DNA of 64,000 nt from Candidatus Krumholzibacteriia bacterium (GCA_041484665.1 JBGPIA010000010.1:32001-96000); one strand, 5' to 3'; counted from the stretch's first letter, positions 28,672 to 38,082 are shown. Numbers and translations: made by a program. Notes: generated by a model from the letters alone, not told the origin.

Positions 28672-29373
28672 GTGGTGAGCCTGGGTATCTTCCTCAAGGC
28701 GCCGCTGCCGGGCCAGGTGAAGACGCGCCTGTGCCCCCCGCTCTCCGCCGTGGACGCCGCGAGCCTGTATACGTCGTTCCTGGCCGATACGCTCCAGGCC
28801 GCGGCCGCCTGCGCTGGCCAGGAGGTTCTCTTGTTCTACGAGGGAGCCCACCCTACCAGCTACCTGGCGCCGACCCTGACCGCAGCGTTGCTCCCCAGTG
28901 TGGTCGAGATCGCACAGCGCGGCAGCGATCTGGGGGAGCGCTTGGAGGCCGCAGTCGGCGACGCGGCCGAGCGCGGCAGCCTCCCGCTGCTGATCCTCGG
29001 CAGCGACAGCCCAGACCTGCCCGCCGGGCACTTGACGGCGGCGCTCGCCGCACTTCCCGCATATGATCTCGTGCTGGGACCCGCATCCGATGGCGGGGTC
29101 TGGTGCATCGGCGTGCGGCGCGCGCTGCCCGGGCTGCTGCTGGGCATCGCCTGGAGCCGGCCAACCGTCGCCGTGGAGTTGCGGGCCCGGGCCGCCGCGC
29201 GGGGGCTGCGCGTGGGCGACGCGGACGCTTGGTACGACGTGGACACGATCGGCGACTTGTACGCCCTCGGCGCGCGTCTGGCCGGGGGTGGGGCGGGCGC
29301 GGCCTACACGGCGCGCTGGCTGGCACGGTATCAGGAGCGCCAGCGAACCGACGGCGAAACGGAGCGGCGGTGA
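28672..29373 (+). CDS. TIGR04282/DUF2064-family transferase
   Basis: KAPLPGQVKTRL, QRGSDLGERL, GSDSPDL, VLGPASDGG and WYDVDT; AGGAGG RBS. Confidence 0.9.
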   Translation: MVSLGIFLKAPLPGQVKTRLCPPLSAVDAASLYTSFLADTLQAAAACAGQEVLLFYEGAHPTSYLAPTLTAALLPSVVEIAQRGSDLGERLEAAVGDAAERGSLPLLILGSDSPDLPAGHLTAALAALPAYDLVLGPASDGGVWCIGVRRALPGLLLGIAWSRPTVAVELRARAAARGLRVGDADAWYDVDTIGDLYALGARLAGGGAGAAYTARWLARYQERQRTDGETERR

Positions 29374-30023
29374 GAGGGAACCACGAGCGGAGCGCTTCCG
29401 GTGCAGCGGTGCGCAGCCTTGCCATCGCTCTGCTCGTGGTAAGCAGCGGGCTCGCCATGACCCTGGGCAACACAGCCGCCACACCCCCCGGGAGTGGGCA
29501 GAGCCATCCGGGGCCCAAAGCCTCCGACCTACCGGCGATCCCAGGGCATTACACCATCGGCCTGTACGCCGATGCGCAGGGCACCACCAGATCGCTGGAG
29601 CTCCAGGCCGACCAGTCGGAGTTCGATGCGTTCGTCGGCGTCACCGGCGACTCGGCGCGCACGTTCAGCGCCTGCGCCTTCACGCTGCGGCTGCCCGAGG
29701 GCGTCACCCTCGAAGGAGCGATCCACTGGCGGAACATCCCGGGCCTGCAGCACTGGGGTAATCCAGCGCTCGAGGGCGTGCGCGTCGAGTACGCCGACAG
29801 CTGCCAGGCCCAGCGCGGCACCGCGCCCGTGATCCTGGGGCGCGTCCCCATGAAGGCGCAGCCGACGTTCCGCGGCGGCCACATCGAGGTCGCCGGGCAC
29901 AAGCGGTTCGGCTGCGCGGTGGAGCTGTGCGTCCCCGGGTACCCCAAGCCCCTTGCGGACGGGCTGGCCCTGACCGTCGAGCGCAAGCGGTCGCTGTGGC
30001 GCCGCCTGCGCGATCTGTTCTGA
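29370..30023 (+). CDS. Hypothetical secreted protein
   Basis: GTGA overlap with the upstream stop; signal-like segment; beta-rich domain starting YTIGLYAD. Confidence 0.6.
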   Translation: MRGNHERSASGAAVRSLAIALLVVSSGLAMTLGNTAATPPGSGQSHPGPKASDLPAIPGHYTIGLYADAQGTTRSLELQADQSEFDAFVGVTGDSARTFSACAFTLRLPEGVTLEGAIHWRNIPGLQHWGNPALEGVRVEYADSCQAQRGTAPVILGRVPMKAQPTFRGGHIEVAGHKRFGCAVELCVPGYPKPLADGLALTVERKRSLWRRLRDLF

Positions 30024-30049
30024 GCGCGTAGGCGCGAGGGCGGCGCGTC

Positions 30050-30799
30050 GTGTTCCTTCCGCTGCACGACCACATTCCCACGCGGCGCACGGCGGTGGTG
30101 ACGATCGGGCTGATCGCCGCCAACATCCTCGTCTTCCTTTTCGAGGTCGGCCACGGGACGCAGATGAGCGCGCTGATCGCGCGCTGGGGAGCGATTCCGT
30201 GGGAGCTGACGCATGGGCGAGCGATCGTCCTTCCCGACACCGGGCTGCCGGAGGCCGAACTTCCAGCCGCCTACCCGACCGCCCCCGGGTTTCCCTGGGT
30301 GACAGCGCTCTCGTCGATGTTCATGCACGGCGGCTGGGCGCATCTGCTCTTCAACATGCTCTACCTGTGGATCTTCGGAAACAACGTCGAGGACGTGCTC
30401 GGACGGGTACGGTTCATTGTCTTCTATCTCTCCGCCGGGCTGTGCGCTCTGCTCGCGCACGTCCTCAGCAATCCCGGCTCCACGGTCCCCGTGGTGGGCG
30501 CCAGCGGCGCGATCGGCGGGGTCCTGGGCGCCTATCTCTTCCTGTTTCCCCATGCGCGCGTCACGTCGCTCTTGTTCTTGGGCTTCTTCATTCGCCTGGT
30601 CGAGGTTCCCGCCGTCCTGCTGCTGGGCTTCTGGGTCCTGCTGCAGCTGCTGGGCGGATGCGTATCGCTGGCGTGGTCGGGCGCAGCAGGCGTCGCCTAC
30701 TGGGCCCACATCGGCGGCTTCGCCGCCGGGTGGCTGGGCGTTCGCCTCCTGCTCCCCGTGCGCATGCGTTGGAAGGACCCCGACCTCCCGGTCTCCTGA
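30050..30799 (+). CDS. Rhomboid family intramembrane serine protease
   Basis: SMFMHGGWAHLLFNM, GASGA and AHIGGF. Confidence 0.95.
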   Translation: MFLPLHDHIPTRRTAVVTIGLIAANILVFLFEVGHGTQMSALIARWGAIPWELTHGRAIVLPDTGLPEAELPAAYPTAPGFPWVTALSSMFMHGGWAHLLFNMLYLWIFGNNVEDVLGRVRFIVFYLSAGLCALLAHVLSNPGSTVPVVGASGAIGGVLGAYLFLFPHARVTSLLFLGFFIRLVEVPAVLLLGFWVLLQLLGGCVSLAWSGAAGVAYWAHIGGFAAGWLGVRLLLPVRMRWKDPDLPVS

Positions 30800-30826
30800 G
30801 GAGGCACGCCGCTGTAAGCAGCGCGC

Positions 30827-31480
30827 TCACTTCACGCCCAGCACGCAGACGGCCGACACCGGGCGCAGCGCCTTGCGCTCTGTGCGCACCTGCGTGAGCC
30901 CCGCCTCCTCGAGCGCGGCCGCGAGCGCGCGCCCGGTGTCCTGCGCGCTGCGCTCGTCGGCGCCCCGCCAGCGCGGCTGCACCGTGACGGCGAGCACCCC
31001 GCCAGGGCGCAGCACGCGCAACTGCTCGCGCAGCGCCGGCCTCGGGTCCCCCCAGAACTGGGCGCAGTTGATGGAGAACACCTTGTCGAATGCCGCAGCG
31101 GGATAGGGCAAGGAGATGGCTTGCCCGAGCTGGACCTCCACGCGCCCCGCGCGCACCGCACGCCGGTTGCGCCGGCGCGCGTGCCGCACCATCAGCTCCG
31201 AGTGGTCGACGCCCGCCACGAACCCGTCGCGGGCGAGCCGTGCCACGCGGCAGATGTCGGCGCCGGGACCGAACCCGATCTCGAGGATCCGATCCGCCGG
31301 CCGCACCTGCAGCAGGGCGATCACCCAGCGGCTGCGAGCCCGGTTCTTCATCGCCATCAGATGGCCGACCAACCGGCCCAAGAGGCCCGTGGGCTTCTCG
31401 AATTGATGGGTCCAGCCTGTGCGGGCGCCACCGTGGGGGAGTTGGCATCCGCACCCGAGGGCTGACGTCGTCGCTTCCAT
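30827..31480 (-). CDS. Class I SAM-dependent methyltransferase
   Basis: ILEIGFGPG, GVDHS, FDKV and LRPGG; GGAGG RBS. Confidence 0.9.
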   Translation of the reverse strand: MEATTSALGCGCQLPHGGARTGWTHQFEKPTGLLGRLVGHLMAMKNRARSRWVIALLQVRPADRILEIGFGPGADICRVARLARDGFVAGVDHSELMVRHARRRNRRAVRAGRVEVQLGQAISLPYPAAAFDKVFSINCAQFWGDPRPALREQLRVLRPGGVLAVTVQPRWRGADERSAQDTGRALAAALEEAGLTQVRTERKALRPVSAVCVLGVK

Positions 31481-31499
31481 GATCTTTCCTCCTGGGTTG

Positions 31500-31521
31500 T
31501 GATCACGGCCGGCCGTGATCA
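31500..31521. promoter_or_regulatory. Perfect 22-bp palindrome between the MarR and methyltransferase genes
   Basis: TGATCACGGCCGGCCGTGATCA. Confidence 0.55.
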
Positions 31522-31530
31522 GGTCCACGC

Positions 31531-32178
31531 TTACGATCGTCCAGCGTTGTCCCTGCTCTTGCGCCCGCTCTTGCGGCGGCGCGCCGCGCGGGCGCGGGGC
31601 CGGCGGGCAGCGGGGCGGCGGGCATCGAAACGGCGTGCCCGCGGGGTTGCGGCGTCGGCGCGGGGCGAGCCGGACCTCCTCGATCCGCCGGGCGGCCGCA
31701 GCGACTCCGCCAGCAGCGCCCACGGCGGGCCCGTCAGCGCCTCGCGCAGACCGCGCACCACCGCGCTGGCCGCCCGCAGCTGCGACGCCGAGAACGCGAA
31801 CCGCAGCTGCGCGAAGGCGGCTGCCTCCCGCTGGCGCATCTGCTCCAGCGCCTGCTCGCCTTGCGCGGTCAGGCGGACCAGACGCGAGCGGCGATGGGCC
31901 GGGTTGTCCACGAGCTCCACATATCCGTCGCCGGCCAGAGAGTTGACATGGGTCTGCATGTGTTGCCGCGAGACGGGCCGCATCCGGGCCAGCTGTGGGA
32001 CCGTCCGGGGCCCCTGGTTGTGCAGGCTCAGCAATACTCCGCGCCGACCGGCGCTCAGCTCTCCCTCCTGGTGGAGCTGCTGCGCCGCGAAGGTCAGCCG
32101 GTGCATGAGCGCCACGTGGGCCGCGAGCAGCTCCTGCAGGGCCTCGACTGTGTCCGCGCGACGGGACCGGAGGGCCAT
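31531..32178 (-). CDS. MarR family transcriptional regulator
   Basis: GPRTVPQLAR..VSRQHMQ..NPAHRRSRLVRLT..G; AAGGAG RBS. Confidence 0.9.
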   Translation of the reverse strand: MALRSRRADTVEALQELLAAHVALMHRLTFAAQQLHQEGELSAGRRGVLLSLHNQGPRTVPQLARMRPVSRQHMQTHVNSLAGDGYVELVDNPAHRRSRLVRLTAQGEQALEQMRQREAAAFAQLRFAFSASQLRAASAVVRGLREALTGPPWALLAESLRPPGGSRRSGSPRADAATPRARRFDARRPAARRPRARAARRRKSGRKSRDNAGRS

Positions 32179-32211
32179 CGCAGACTCCTTTCTCCGGAGC
32201 GCCGGTGCATC

Positions 32212-32296
32212 ACCGGGACTGGGACTGGGACCGGAACCGGAACCCGGTTCGGGACCGGGCTCGGGATCGCCACCGGGACCGGGACCGCCGCCGGGT
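32212..32296. repeat. Degenerate hexamer (GGGACC-like) tandem repeat upstream of the MarR gene
   Basis: ACCGGGACTGGGACTGGGACCGGAACCGGAACC...ACCGGGACCGGGACC. Confidence 0.75.
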
Positions 32297-32305
32297 CCAC
32301 AATAT

Positions 32306-32342
32306 TGACAATAGACTTGTCATAATGACAACACACCTGTCG
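32306..32342. promoter_or_regulatory. Tandem inverted-repeat operator boxes, probably MarR autoregulation
   Basis: TGACAA-TAGAC-TTGTCA (32306-32322) and TGACAA-CACAC-CTGTCG (32326-32342) in an AT-rich patch. Confidence 0.65.
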
Positions 32343-32437
32343 TTTGACGGAAGTTGTTACGGAACTGCAAAGAAAGGACGTGGGCCGGGTCTGGACGCGT
32401 GGCGGCCGGCCTCGCGCGACGGGGCAGACAGCGGGAG

Positions 32438-33874
32438 TTACGCCGGGCGGCGCAGCCAGCCGGCGAGCCAGGCCAGGTCCTGGCGGCGCAGGGCGCGCGT
32501 CAGCGGCAGCGCCGCCAGCCAGGCACCGATCATGGCGGCGCTGCGGGCAGCCGGCGGAGCGTGGCGCGCCGCGACGGCGGCCAGCCCGGCGGCCAGCAGC
32601 GCCAGCGCAGGCCCCAGGAACGCCGTGGGCAGCGGGATGCGATAGCCGCGGCGGGCGGCAAAGCCGTAGTACAGCAGCAGCGTCACGCCGTAGCTGACGA
32701 CGGTGGCCCAGGCGGCGCCCTCGATGCCCAGGCGCGGGATCCACCAGAGATTCAGCGTCACGCTGCAGACGATGCCCAAGGCGCCAATGCGCAGGAAGTC
32801 GATCTCACGGTCGATGGCGTAGAGCAGGCGCGCCAGCATGTGGTCGCCGGCCTGCAGCACGATTCCCCACGACAACAGGCGCAGCGCGCCAGTGGCGGGC
32901 AAGAACGCCGGCCCCGGGATGACACGCAGCGCGAGCGGCGCCAACACCCACACCGCCAGGCCGATTCCCGAGCAGAGCACCAGCGCCACGCGGGTGCTCT
33001 GCGCCATCAGCGCCACCGTGGGCGCGACCCCGCCGCTCTCCCGTGAGCGCCGCACCGCTGGGTACACCGCCGTGGCGAGGATGCGCGGTGCGAGCACGAC
33101 CACGTCGATCACGCGGATGGCGGCGCCGTAGAGCCCCACCTGCTCCTGCGGGAGCATCTTGCCCAGCATCAGCAGATCCACGCGGTGGAACAGCAGGGTG
33201 ATCAAGGTCGAGCCCAGCAGCGGCGCGCCCGCGTGTGCCAGGCGACGTACCTCGGCCGCCCGCACCTCGCGCAGATGCAGGTCGGCGAATTGGTGGCGGA
33301 CGGCGGCGGTGACCATCAGCCAGCGTGCGATGTATCCGGCCACCATCGCGCCGACGAAGCCGAGCAGCCCCAGCCCACCCCGCAGCGCCAGAGCGCCGGT
33401 CACGAACAGCACGAGCCCAGCCACAGCCAGGGCGCGCGCGGTGTACTCCATGCGCTCGCGTCCCTGCAGCACCGCGTCGCCGATGTCGCTGAGGTTCTCG
33501 AAGAACAGCGCGCTGCCCAGCACCAGCACCACCGGCAACACCCCCGGCGGGTAGCGCAGGAGCACGACCAGGCCGGCCAGCACGACGTAGGCCAGCGCGC
33601 CCGTGACCAGCTTCACCGCCGCAGCGGCGCTGGCCACGCGGGAGGCCGAGTCGGGATCGGTGGCCACCTCGCGCGTCACCAGGTAGTCGAGGCCGGAGTT
33701 GGCGAAGATGCGCGCGACCTCCACCAGGGTGGAGCCCGTGGCGTAGATACCGTAGCCAGCGGTGCCCAGCACGCGCCCCGCGATCGCGGTCAGCCCGACG
33801 CTGCACACCTTCGAGGCGCCGTGGGCCAGTGTCAGGAAATAGGTGTTGCGCGCGATGACGCGCCCGTCGCCCAT
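32438..33874 (-). CDS. Wzx/MOP-family polysaccharide flippase
   Basis: IARNTYFL, LGTAGYGIY, RVDLLMLG..VGLYGAA and GIEGAAWAT; multi-TM. Confidence 0.9.
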   Translation of the reverse strand: MGDGRVIARNTYFLTLAHGASKVCSVGLTAIAGRVLGTAGYGIYATGSTLVEVARIFANSGLDYLVTREVATDPDSASRVASAAAAVKLVTGALAYVVLAGLVVLLRYPPGVLPVVLVLGSALFFENLSDIGDAVLQGRERMEYTARALAVAGLVLFVTGALALRGGLGLLGFVGAMVAGYIARWLMVTAAVRHQFADLHLREVRAAEVRRLAHAGAPLLGSTLITLLFHRVDLLMLGKMLPQEQVGLYGAAIRVIDVVVLAPRILATAVYPAVRRSRESGGVAPTVALMAQSTRVALVLCSGIGLAVWVLAPLALRVIPGPAFLPATGALRLLSWGIVLQAGDHMLARLLYAIDREIDFLRIGALGIVCSVTLNLWWIPRLGIEGAAWATVVSYGVTLLLYYGFAARRGYRIPLPTAFLGPALALLAAGLAAVAARHAPPAARSAAMIGAWLAALPLTRALRRQDLAWLAGWLRRPA

Positions 33875-33916
33875 GGGAACCGCCTCGCCTTCCCGATCGG
33901 GCCGACTGTCGCGGGT

Positions 33917-35611
33917 CTAGAACACCTGGCCCATGCCCAGGCTCAGCACCGGTGCTGGCCGGTCTCCTTCGTACAGCACCGGCCACGCCAGGTCCACGCG
34001 GATCGGCTCATTCACCGCCGCCCGGCTGAGCCCGATGCGCGCGCCGAACCCCACCGCGCCCCGGAAACTGTGCCAGGTCACGTCGGTCTCGTTCTCGAAC
34101 CAGGCGGTGCCGACGTCGAAGAAGGCGGCGATGCCCGGCGTCACCAGGTCCGCCAGGCCTGGACGATAGACCCAGCGTGCCTCGAGATTGCCCCTCACCA
34201 GCCGGTCGCCGGCGAACTCCTGGAAGCGCGCCGCCCGCAGCCCGCTGTCGATCCCCAGCAGGAAGGGGGCGTGCCGGTCGAGGTTGTTGCCGACTGCTCC
34301 CAGCGCGCCGGCGGCGAGGGTGAAGCCGTCGCCGACCTTCCAGTACCCGCCCGCTTGGCCAACGGAGCGAACGTCGAGGCTACGGTCGACCTGGTAGTAC
34401 CCGCTGACGCTCAGGTGCGAGCGCATGATCAGGTGGCGGCTGGTCACGATCCAGACGTCGCGCAGGCGGTAGGCGAGGGCGGTGTCGGAGCTGCCCAGCA
34501 ACCGCGTGACCCACCCCACCGCGAGCTCCCCCTCATGCCCCAGCGGGAGGTCCTCCACCCGCCCCATCTCGAACAGGAAGCGCTCGCGGCCGTACCGGGT
34601 GGTGTGATGGTCCAGGGCGAAGTCGAAGCTGTTGAAGCTGCGGTCCTCGGGCAGCCCGGCAGCGATGCTGGTGGCCGTGCCCAGGGAGCCCACGGCATCG
34701 TGCAGCTCCAGGCCTTCCTCCGGGTTGAATCCCTGGCTCCGCACGGTCAGGCCCAGCCCGACACGCCACACGCCGCCGGAGTAGGTGCGGACGCGCCGCC
34801 GCACCTCCACGCCCAGGTCCGTCACGTCGGAGTGGGGCCGCACGTAGCGTCGCCCGTCGACGTAGTAGCGCGGGCGCTGGCCCGCGTGGACATAGCGTGC
34901 CCCCAGGCCCCAGTCGGACGCGAGACTGAAGAATGGCCGTTCCAGGCTCCAGGCGGTCGTGCTGCCGTCGCTGGTGTCGCCCCGCAGGATGCGCGCGCGC
35001 GATTGACCGTCGAGGATCTGCCGCAGGCCCAGGCCGAGGGTACCCGTGCGGCGGTCGAGATCCTCGCTGAGCCCGAACGACACCGAGTTCCCGGTGCCCA
35101 GCAGGTTGTGCTCGTCGACGGCCAGCGACCAGATCGGCCGGCTCTCGAACCGCTCGTAGCGGAAATCGAGCGTCGTGGTCCAGACCTCGCGCGTGCGCAC
35201 GAGCACGTCGACGGTGTCGGCAGCGACCGTGACCGCGGAAATGTCGGTCTCGGCCAGGAACCCTGTCGCGCGCAGCTTGCGCTCACTCTCCTCCAGCCGC
35301 GCCAGATCCAGGCAGTCACCCTCGTGGATGACGAGCTCGTGGCGGATCACGCGCGCGCGGGTGTCCACGTGGAGCCAGTCCACCGCGCGCAACGGGAGCC
35401 AGGGCAAGCGAGCGCGGTCCTCGGCCGTGAAGATGGGCTGGCGGTCGACCAGGATGCGCCGGATCACGGTGCACCCCCCGTCGGCCCTTGCGAGCGCCAG
35501 CGGGATCACTGGCGCCAGCAGCATACACGCGATCGATCGGGCCAGCAGCCCGCGCGTCTGGGATCTAGCGCGTAACGCAGGCGTGGGCCGACGTCGGCCA
35601 AAACCTGACAT
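33917..35611 (-). CDS. Omp85 (BamA/TamA-like) outer-membrane protein
   Basis: POTRA motif TRARVIRHEL..ESERKLR..FL, EHNLLGTG, GLR, FFDVGTAW and terminal F. Start uncertain (35638, 35611 or 35524). Confidence 0.82.
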   Translation of the reverse strand: MSGFGRRRPTPALRARSQTRGLLARSIACMLLAPVIPLALARADGGCTVIRRILVDRQPIFTAEDRARLPWLPLRAVDWLHVDTRARVIRHELVIHEGDCLDLARLEESERKLRATGFLAETDISAVTVAADTVDVLVRTREVWTTTLDFRYERFESRPIWSLAVDEHNLLGTGNSVSFGLSEDLDRRTGTLGLGLRQILDGQSRARILRGDTSDGSTTAWSLERPFFSLASDWGLGARYVHAGQRPRYYVDGRRYVRPHSDVTDLGVEVRRRVRTYSGGVWRVGLGLTVRSQGFNPEEGLELHDAVGSLGTATSIAAGLPEDRSFNSFDFALDHHTTRYGRERFLFEMGRVEDLPLGHEGELAVGWVTRLLGSSDTALAYRLRDVWIVTSRHLIMRSHLSVSGYYQVDRSLDVRSVGQAGGYWKVGDGFTLAAGALGAVGNNLDRHAPFLLGIDSGLRAARFQEFAGDRLVRGNLEARWVYRPGLADLVTPGIAAFFDVGTAWFENETDVTWHSFRGAVGFGARIGLSRAAVNEPIRVDLAWPVLYEGDRPAPVLSLGMGQVF

Positions 35612-35631
35612 CTGACAGCGGATGCGGAGCC

Positions 35632-35656
35632 CAATCATGTCACGTTGTCATGATTG
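35632..35656. promoter_or_regulatory. Inverted repeat, candidate regulator-binding site
   Basis: CAATCATG-N9-CATGATTG. Confidence 0.5.
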
Positions 35657-35771
35657 CTGGGACGCTGGTGTCACGTTTCTGGAATCGCGCGGTGGGGAGA
35701 GGCGGGGGATGATGGTGCATAAGCGTCTATACGTCAATCCATTAGCTTAGCGCAACCCCGAAGGTGCACGG

Positions 35772-35798
35772 CTGGCACTCCACTTGAAGTTGTGCAAC
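35772..35798 (+). promoter_or_regulatory. Sigma54-like promoter or degenerate CIRCE upstream of hsp20
   Basis: CTGGCACTCCACTTGAAGTTGTGCAAC fits TGGCAC-N5-TTG(A) and also GCAC..N9..GTGC. Confidence 0.5.
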
Positions 35799-35946
35799 GT
35801 CGGCACGCCCGCGAGGACTGGGCGCCGGGAGCCTCCGGCGCAGGGTCGCGGACGGCCGAGGCCACGGCGCACAACGCGCAGCGGCCCGGGGCCACGCGAG
35901 CCCGGCAGCGAGCGGTGGCCCGCACGTACCCTGAGGAGGGAATCCC

Positions 35947-36372
35947 ATGACGACCCTGATGACCCCCTTCACGACGTTCGAGACGCTGTGGAGCCGGCTG
36001 AACGCTCTCGCTCCGTCCACGCAGACCGGCGGCGAAGGCGACCCGATGGTCGCGCTCCGGCCGCACGTCGACATCTTTGAGAGCGCCTCTGAATTCGTGA
36101 TCGAGACCGACCTGCCTGGCGTGTCGAAGGACGCGCTCAAGGTCGAGGTCGAGAAGGACCGTCTGACGATTCGTGCCACGCGCGAGCCGCAAGCGCACGA
36201 GCATGAGCCGATCCACATCGAGCGCTACGCACGCGCGACGTTGGAACGGACATTCACCTTGGGCACCGATCTCGACGCGAGCGCGATCAAGGCCCAGCTC
36301 AAGGACGGCGTCCTGCGGCTGACGCTCCCCAAGGCTGAGCGGGCACTGCCCAAGCGCATCGCGGTCGAGTAG
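35947..36372 (+). CDS. Hsp20/alpha-crystallin small heat-shock protein
   Basis: PHVDIFE, DLPGVSK, ERTFTL and IKAQLKDGVLRLTLPK; GAGGAGG RBS. Confidence 0.96.
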   Translation: MTTLMTPFTTFETLWSRLNALAPSTQTGGEGDPMVALRPHVDIFESASEFVIETDLPGVSKDALKVEVEKDRLTIRATREPQAHEHEPIHIERYARATLERTFTLGTDLDASAIKAQLKDGVLRLTLPKAERALPKRIAVE

Positions 36373-36503
36373 TCAGCGTAGCGCGCTTGCAGACGGCCAC
36401 GCTCACGGGTTCTTCCGTGGCATGGTCCGCCGGGCAGGAACGGGCGGCCGCAACTCGGGCTCGCGGCCGCCCCTCTCCCAAAGCGACTTCGAAGAGCGGT
36501 GAA

Positions 36504-36533
36504 GGCCCACGGGAAACCGTGGGCCCTTTCATT
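36504..36533 (+). terminator. Intrinsic terminator downstream of hsp20
   Basis: GGCCCACGG-GAAA-CCGTGGGCC followed by CTTTCATT. Confidence 0.65.
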
Positions 36534-36679
36534 GGGTCAATTCCTGCCGGGCTGCGCGTATACGGACGTGACTGCCCTTCGTCGCCACCGCTGGAACGGA
36601 CCTTGCCTTTGGGAGGTGGAGGGGGCAAAGACCCCGCCAGGACACGATCGGTCACGCACTGCAGCTGTGAGGAAGCCCC

Positions 36680-37234
36680 ATGACCGATAGAGCCGCGATG
36701 GTCGCGCCACGCCTTGTTGACCTGATCCGGGCGCTGCCCGAGTACGAAGCCTACGGCGACGCTGACACGGCCTACCACAGTGAGTCCCCCTACCGGTTGG
36801 CGATCGGGCGGCTCCTGAAGGACTGGGGCGATCGTCTCCTGGACATCGCCGAGTTCCAGGGGCGCTTCCTTTCCGCCGAGCAGGCCCGCGCTATCGATGC
36901 GCTCGTACAGAGGATCAGCGACGTCTTCCGGCTGCTCAACTGCAGCGGCCACATCGCCCTGGATACCCGCGACCGGGAGCTGCTGCGCGAGCTGCGCGGC
37001 ACGGACGCCCGGCTGCTGCGCCTCCTGGAGGAGAGCTCCGAGCTGACGGGGGAGCTGCGGCGCTCCGATATGTCGGTGGAATGGCTGCGCACGACCGCGG
37101 GGCCGCTCTACCGCCGCCTGCGCCGCATCCGCCGCCAGGCGCAGCTGCGCAACGAGCTGCTGGGGCTGACACCCGAGCCCTTGGCCAAGCCCGCACAGCG
37201 CGTCGCACAGCCGCAACGCGAGCAGCGCCGCTAG
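36680..37234 (+). CDS. Hypothetical alpha-helical protein
   Basis: GAGGA RBS; amphipathic helical pattern; 2 nt from the next gene. Confidence 0.7.
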   Translation: MTDRAAMVAPRLVDLIRALPEYEAYGDADTAYHSESPYRLAIGRLLKDWGDRLLDIAEFQGRFLSAEQARAIDALVQRISDVFRLLNCSGHIALDTRDRELLRELRGTDARLLRLLEESSELTGELRRSDMSVEWLRTTAGPLYRRLRRIRRQAQLRNELLGLTPEPLAKPAQRVAQPQREQRR

Positions 37235-37236
37235 CC

Positions 37237-38082
37237 ATGGCAGCCAGTCCGGCACCGGGCGCTGCGGGCGCCGTCCACTCGCTCGCGGTCACGGCCGCGG
37301 GGGGACGTCGCGTCGTGGAGTGGAGTGCGCGGGAAGGCATGCTGGCCAGCCAGCCGCTCAGCCTTGCGCCGTATCACGGCACGGATCTGGAGCTGGTCGT
37401 GCGCGAAGGGCAGGTTGCCCTCCTGCTGGACGACCACCGCGTGGTCGGCGTGTTTCTGCCCCAGGTGCACGCCGTGGAGGTCGCGGGCGCGCAAGCGGGC
37501 GGGCCGCCGGCGCCGCGCCGCACCGACCTCCACCCCCGCTTCCTGCAGCTGTCGCCGCGGCACGTGCTGCTCATGGTGGCGGTCGATTCGCCGCTCACGC
37601 TGGCGCTCGACGCGTGCCGTACGAGCCCCACGACCGACGGCCGCCCGGCCGCGCCCACGCAGCCGCAGGGCACCGCAACCGTCGAGATCGGCGATCCTGT
37701 GCGCTTCTACAACAGCTTCTTGCGCCGCACCGAGGACCTGGGCGCCGAGCAGCTGGAGCGCGTGCTGCGCGCGCTGCTGCAGGGCCAGGCCGCGGCTGCG
37801 ACCCGGCCTTTTGCGGCGGGCGGCACCGCCGACCCGCAGCGGGGCAGCGGACGCGGCAACGGCGTCGCACGCGGCACCGACGTCGCGCGCGGCACCGACC
37901 TGGCCGGCGGTACCCGCGAGCCGGGCACCAGCCGCCGCCAGCGACGCGGGGCGTTACGGCGCAATCTGGCCGCCGTGGGCCTGCGCCTGCGGGAGCTGCG
38001 CATCGTACCGGAGCCGGCCACGCCCGACCCGGCCGGCGCGCTCCCACCCCTTCCGGCGAGCCTGCCCTCGACGCAGATCTGA
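37237..38082 (+). CDS. Divergent SPFH/Band-7 (YdjI-like) domain protein
   Basis: LVVREGQVALL...VGVFLP, GTATVEIGDPVRF and LAAVGLRLRELRI resemble YdjI-type SPFH segments. Confidence 0.45.
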   Translation: MAASPAPGAAGAVHSLAVTAAGGRRVVEWSAREGMLASQPLSLAPYHGTDLELVVREGQVALLLDDHRVVGVFLPQVHAVEVAGAQAGGPPAPRRTDLHPRFLQLSPRHVLLMVAVDSPLTLALDACRTSPTTDGRPAAPTQPQGTATVEIGDPVRFYNSFLRRTEDLGAEQLERVLRALLQGQAAAATRPFAAGGTADPQRGSGRGNGVARGTDVARGTDLAGGTREPGTSRRQRRGALRRNLAAVGLRLRELRIVPEPATPDPAGALPPLPASLPSTQI

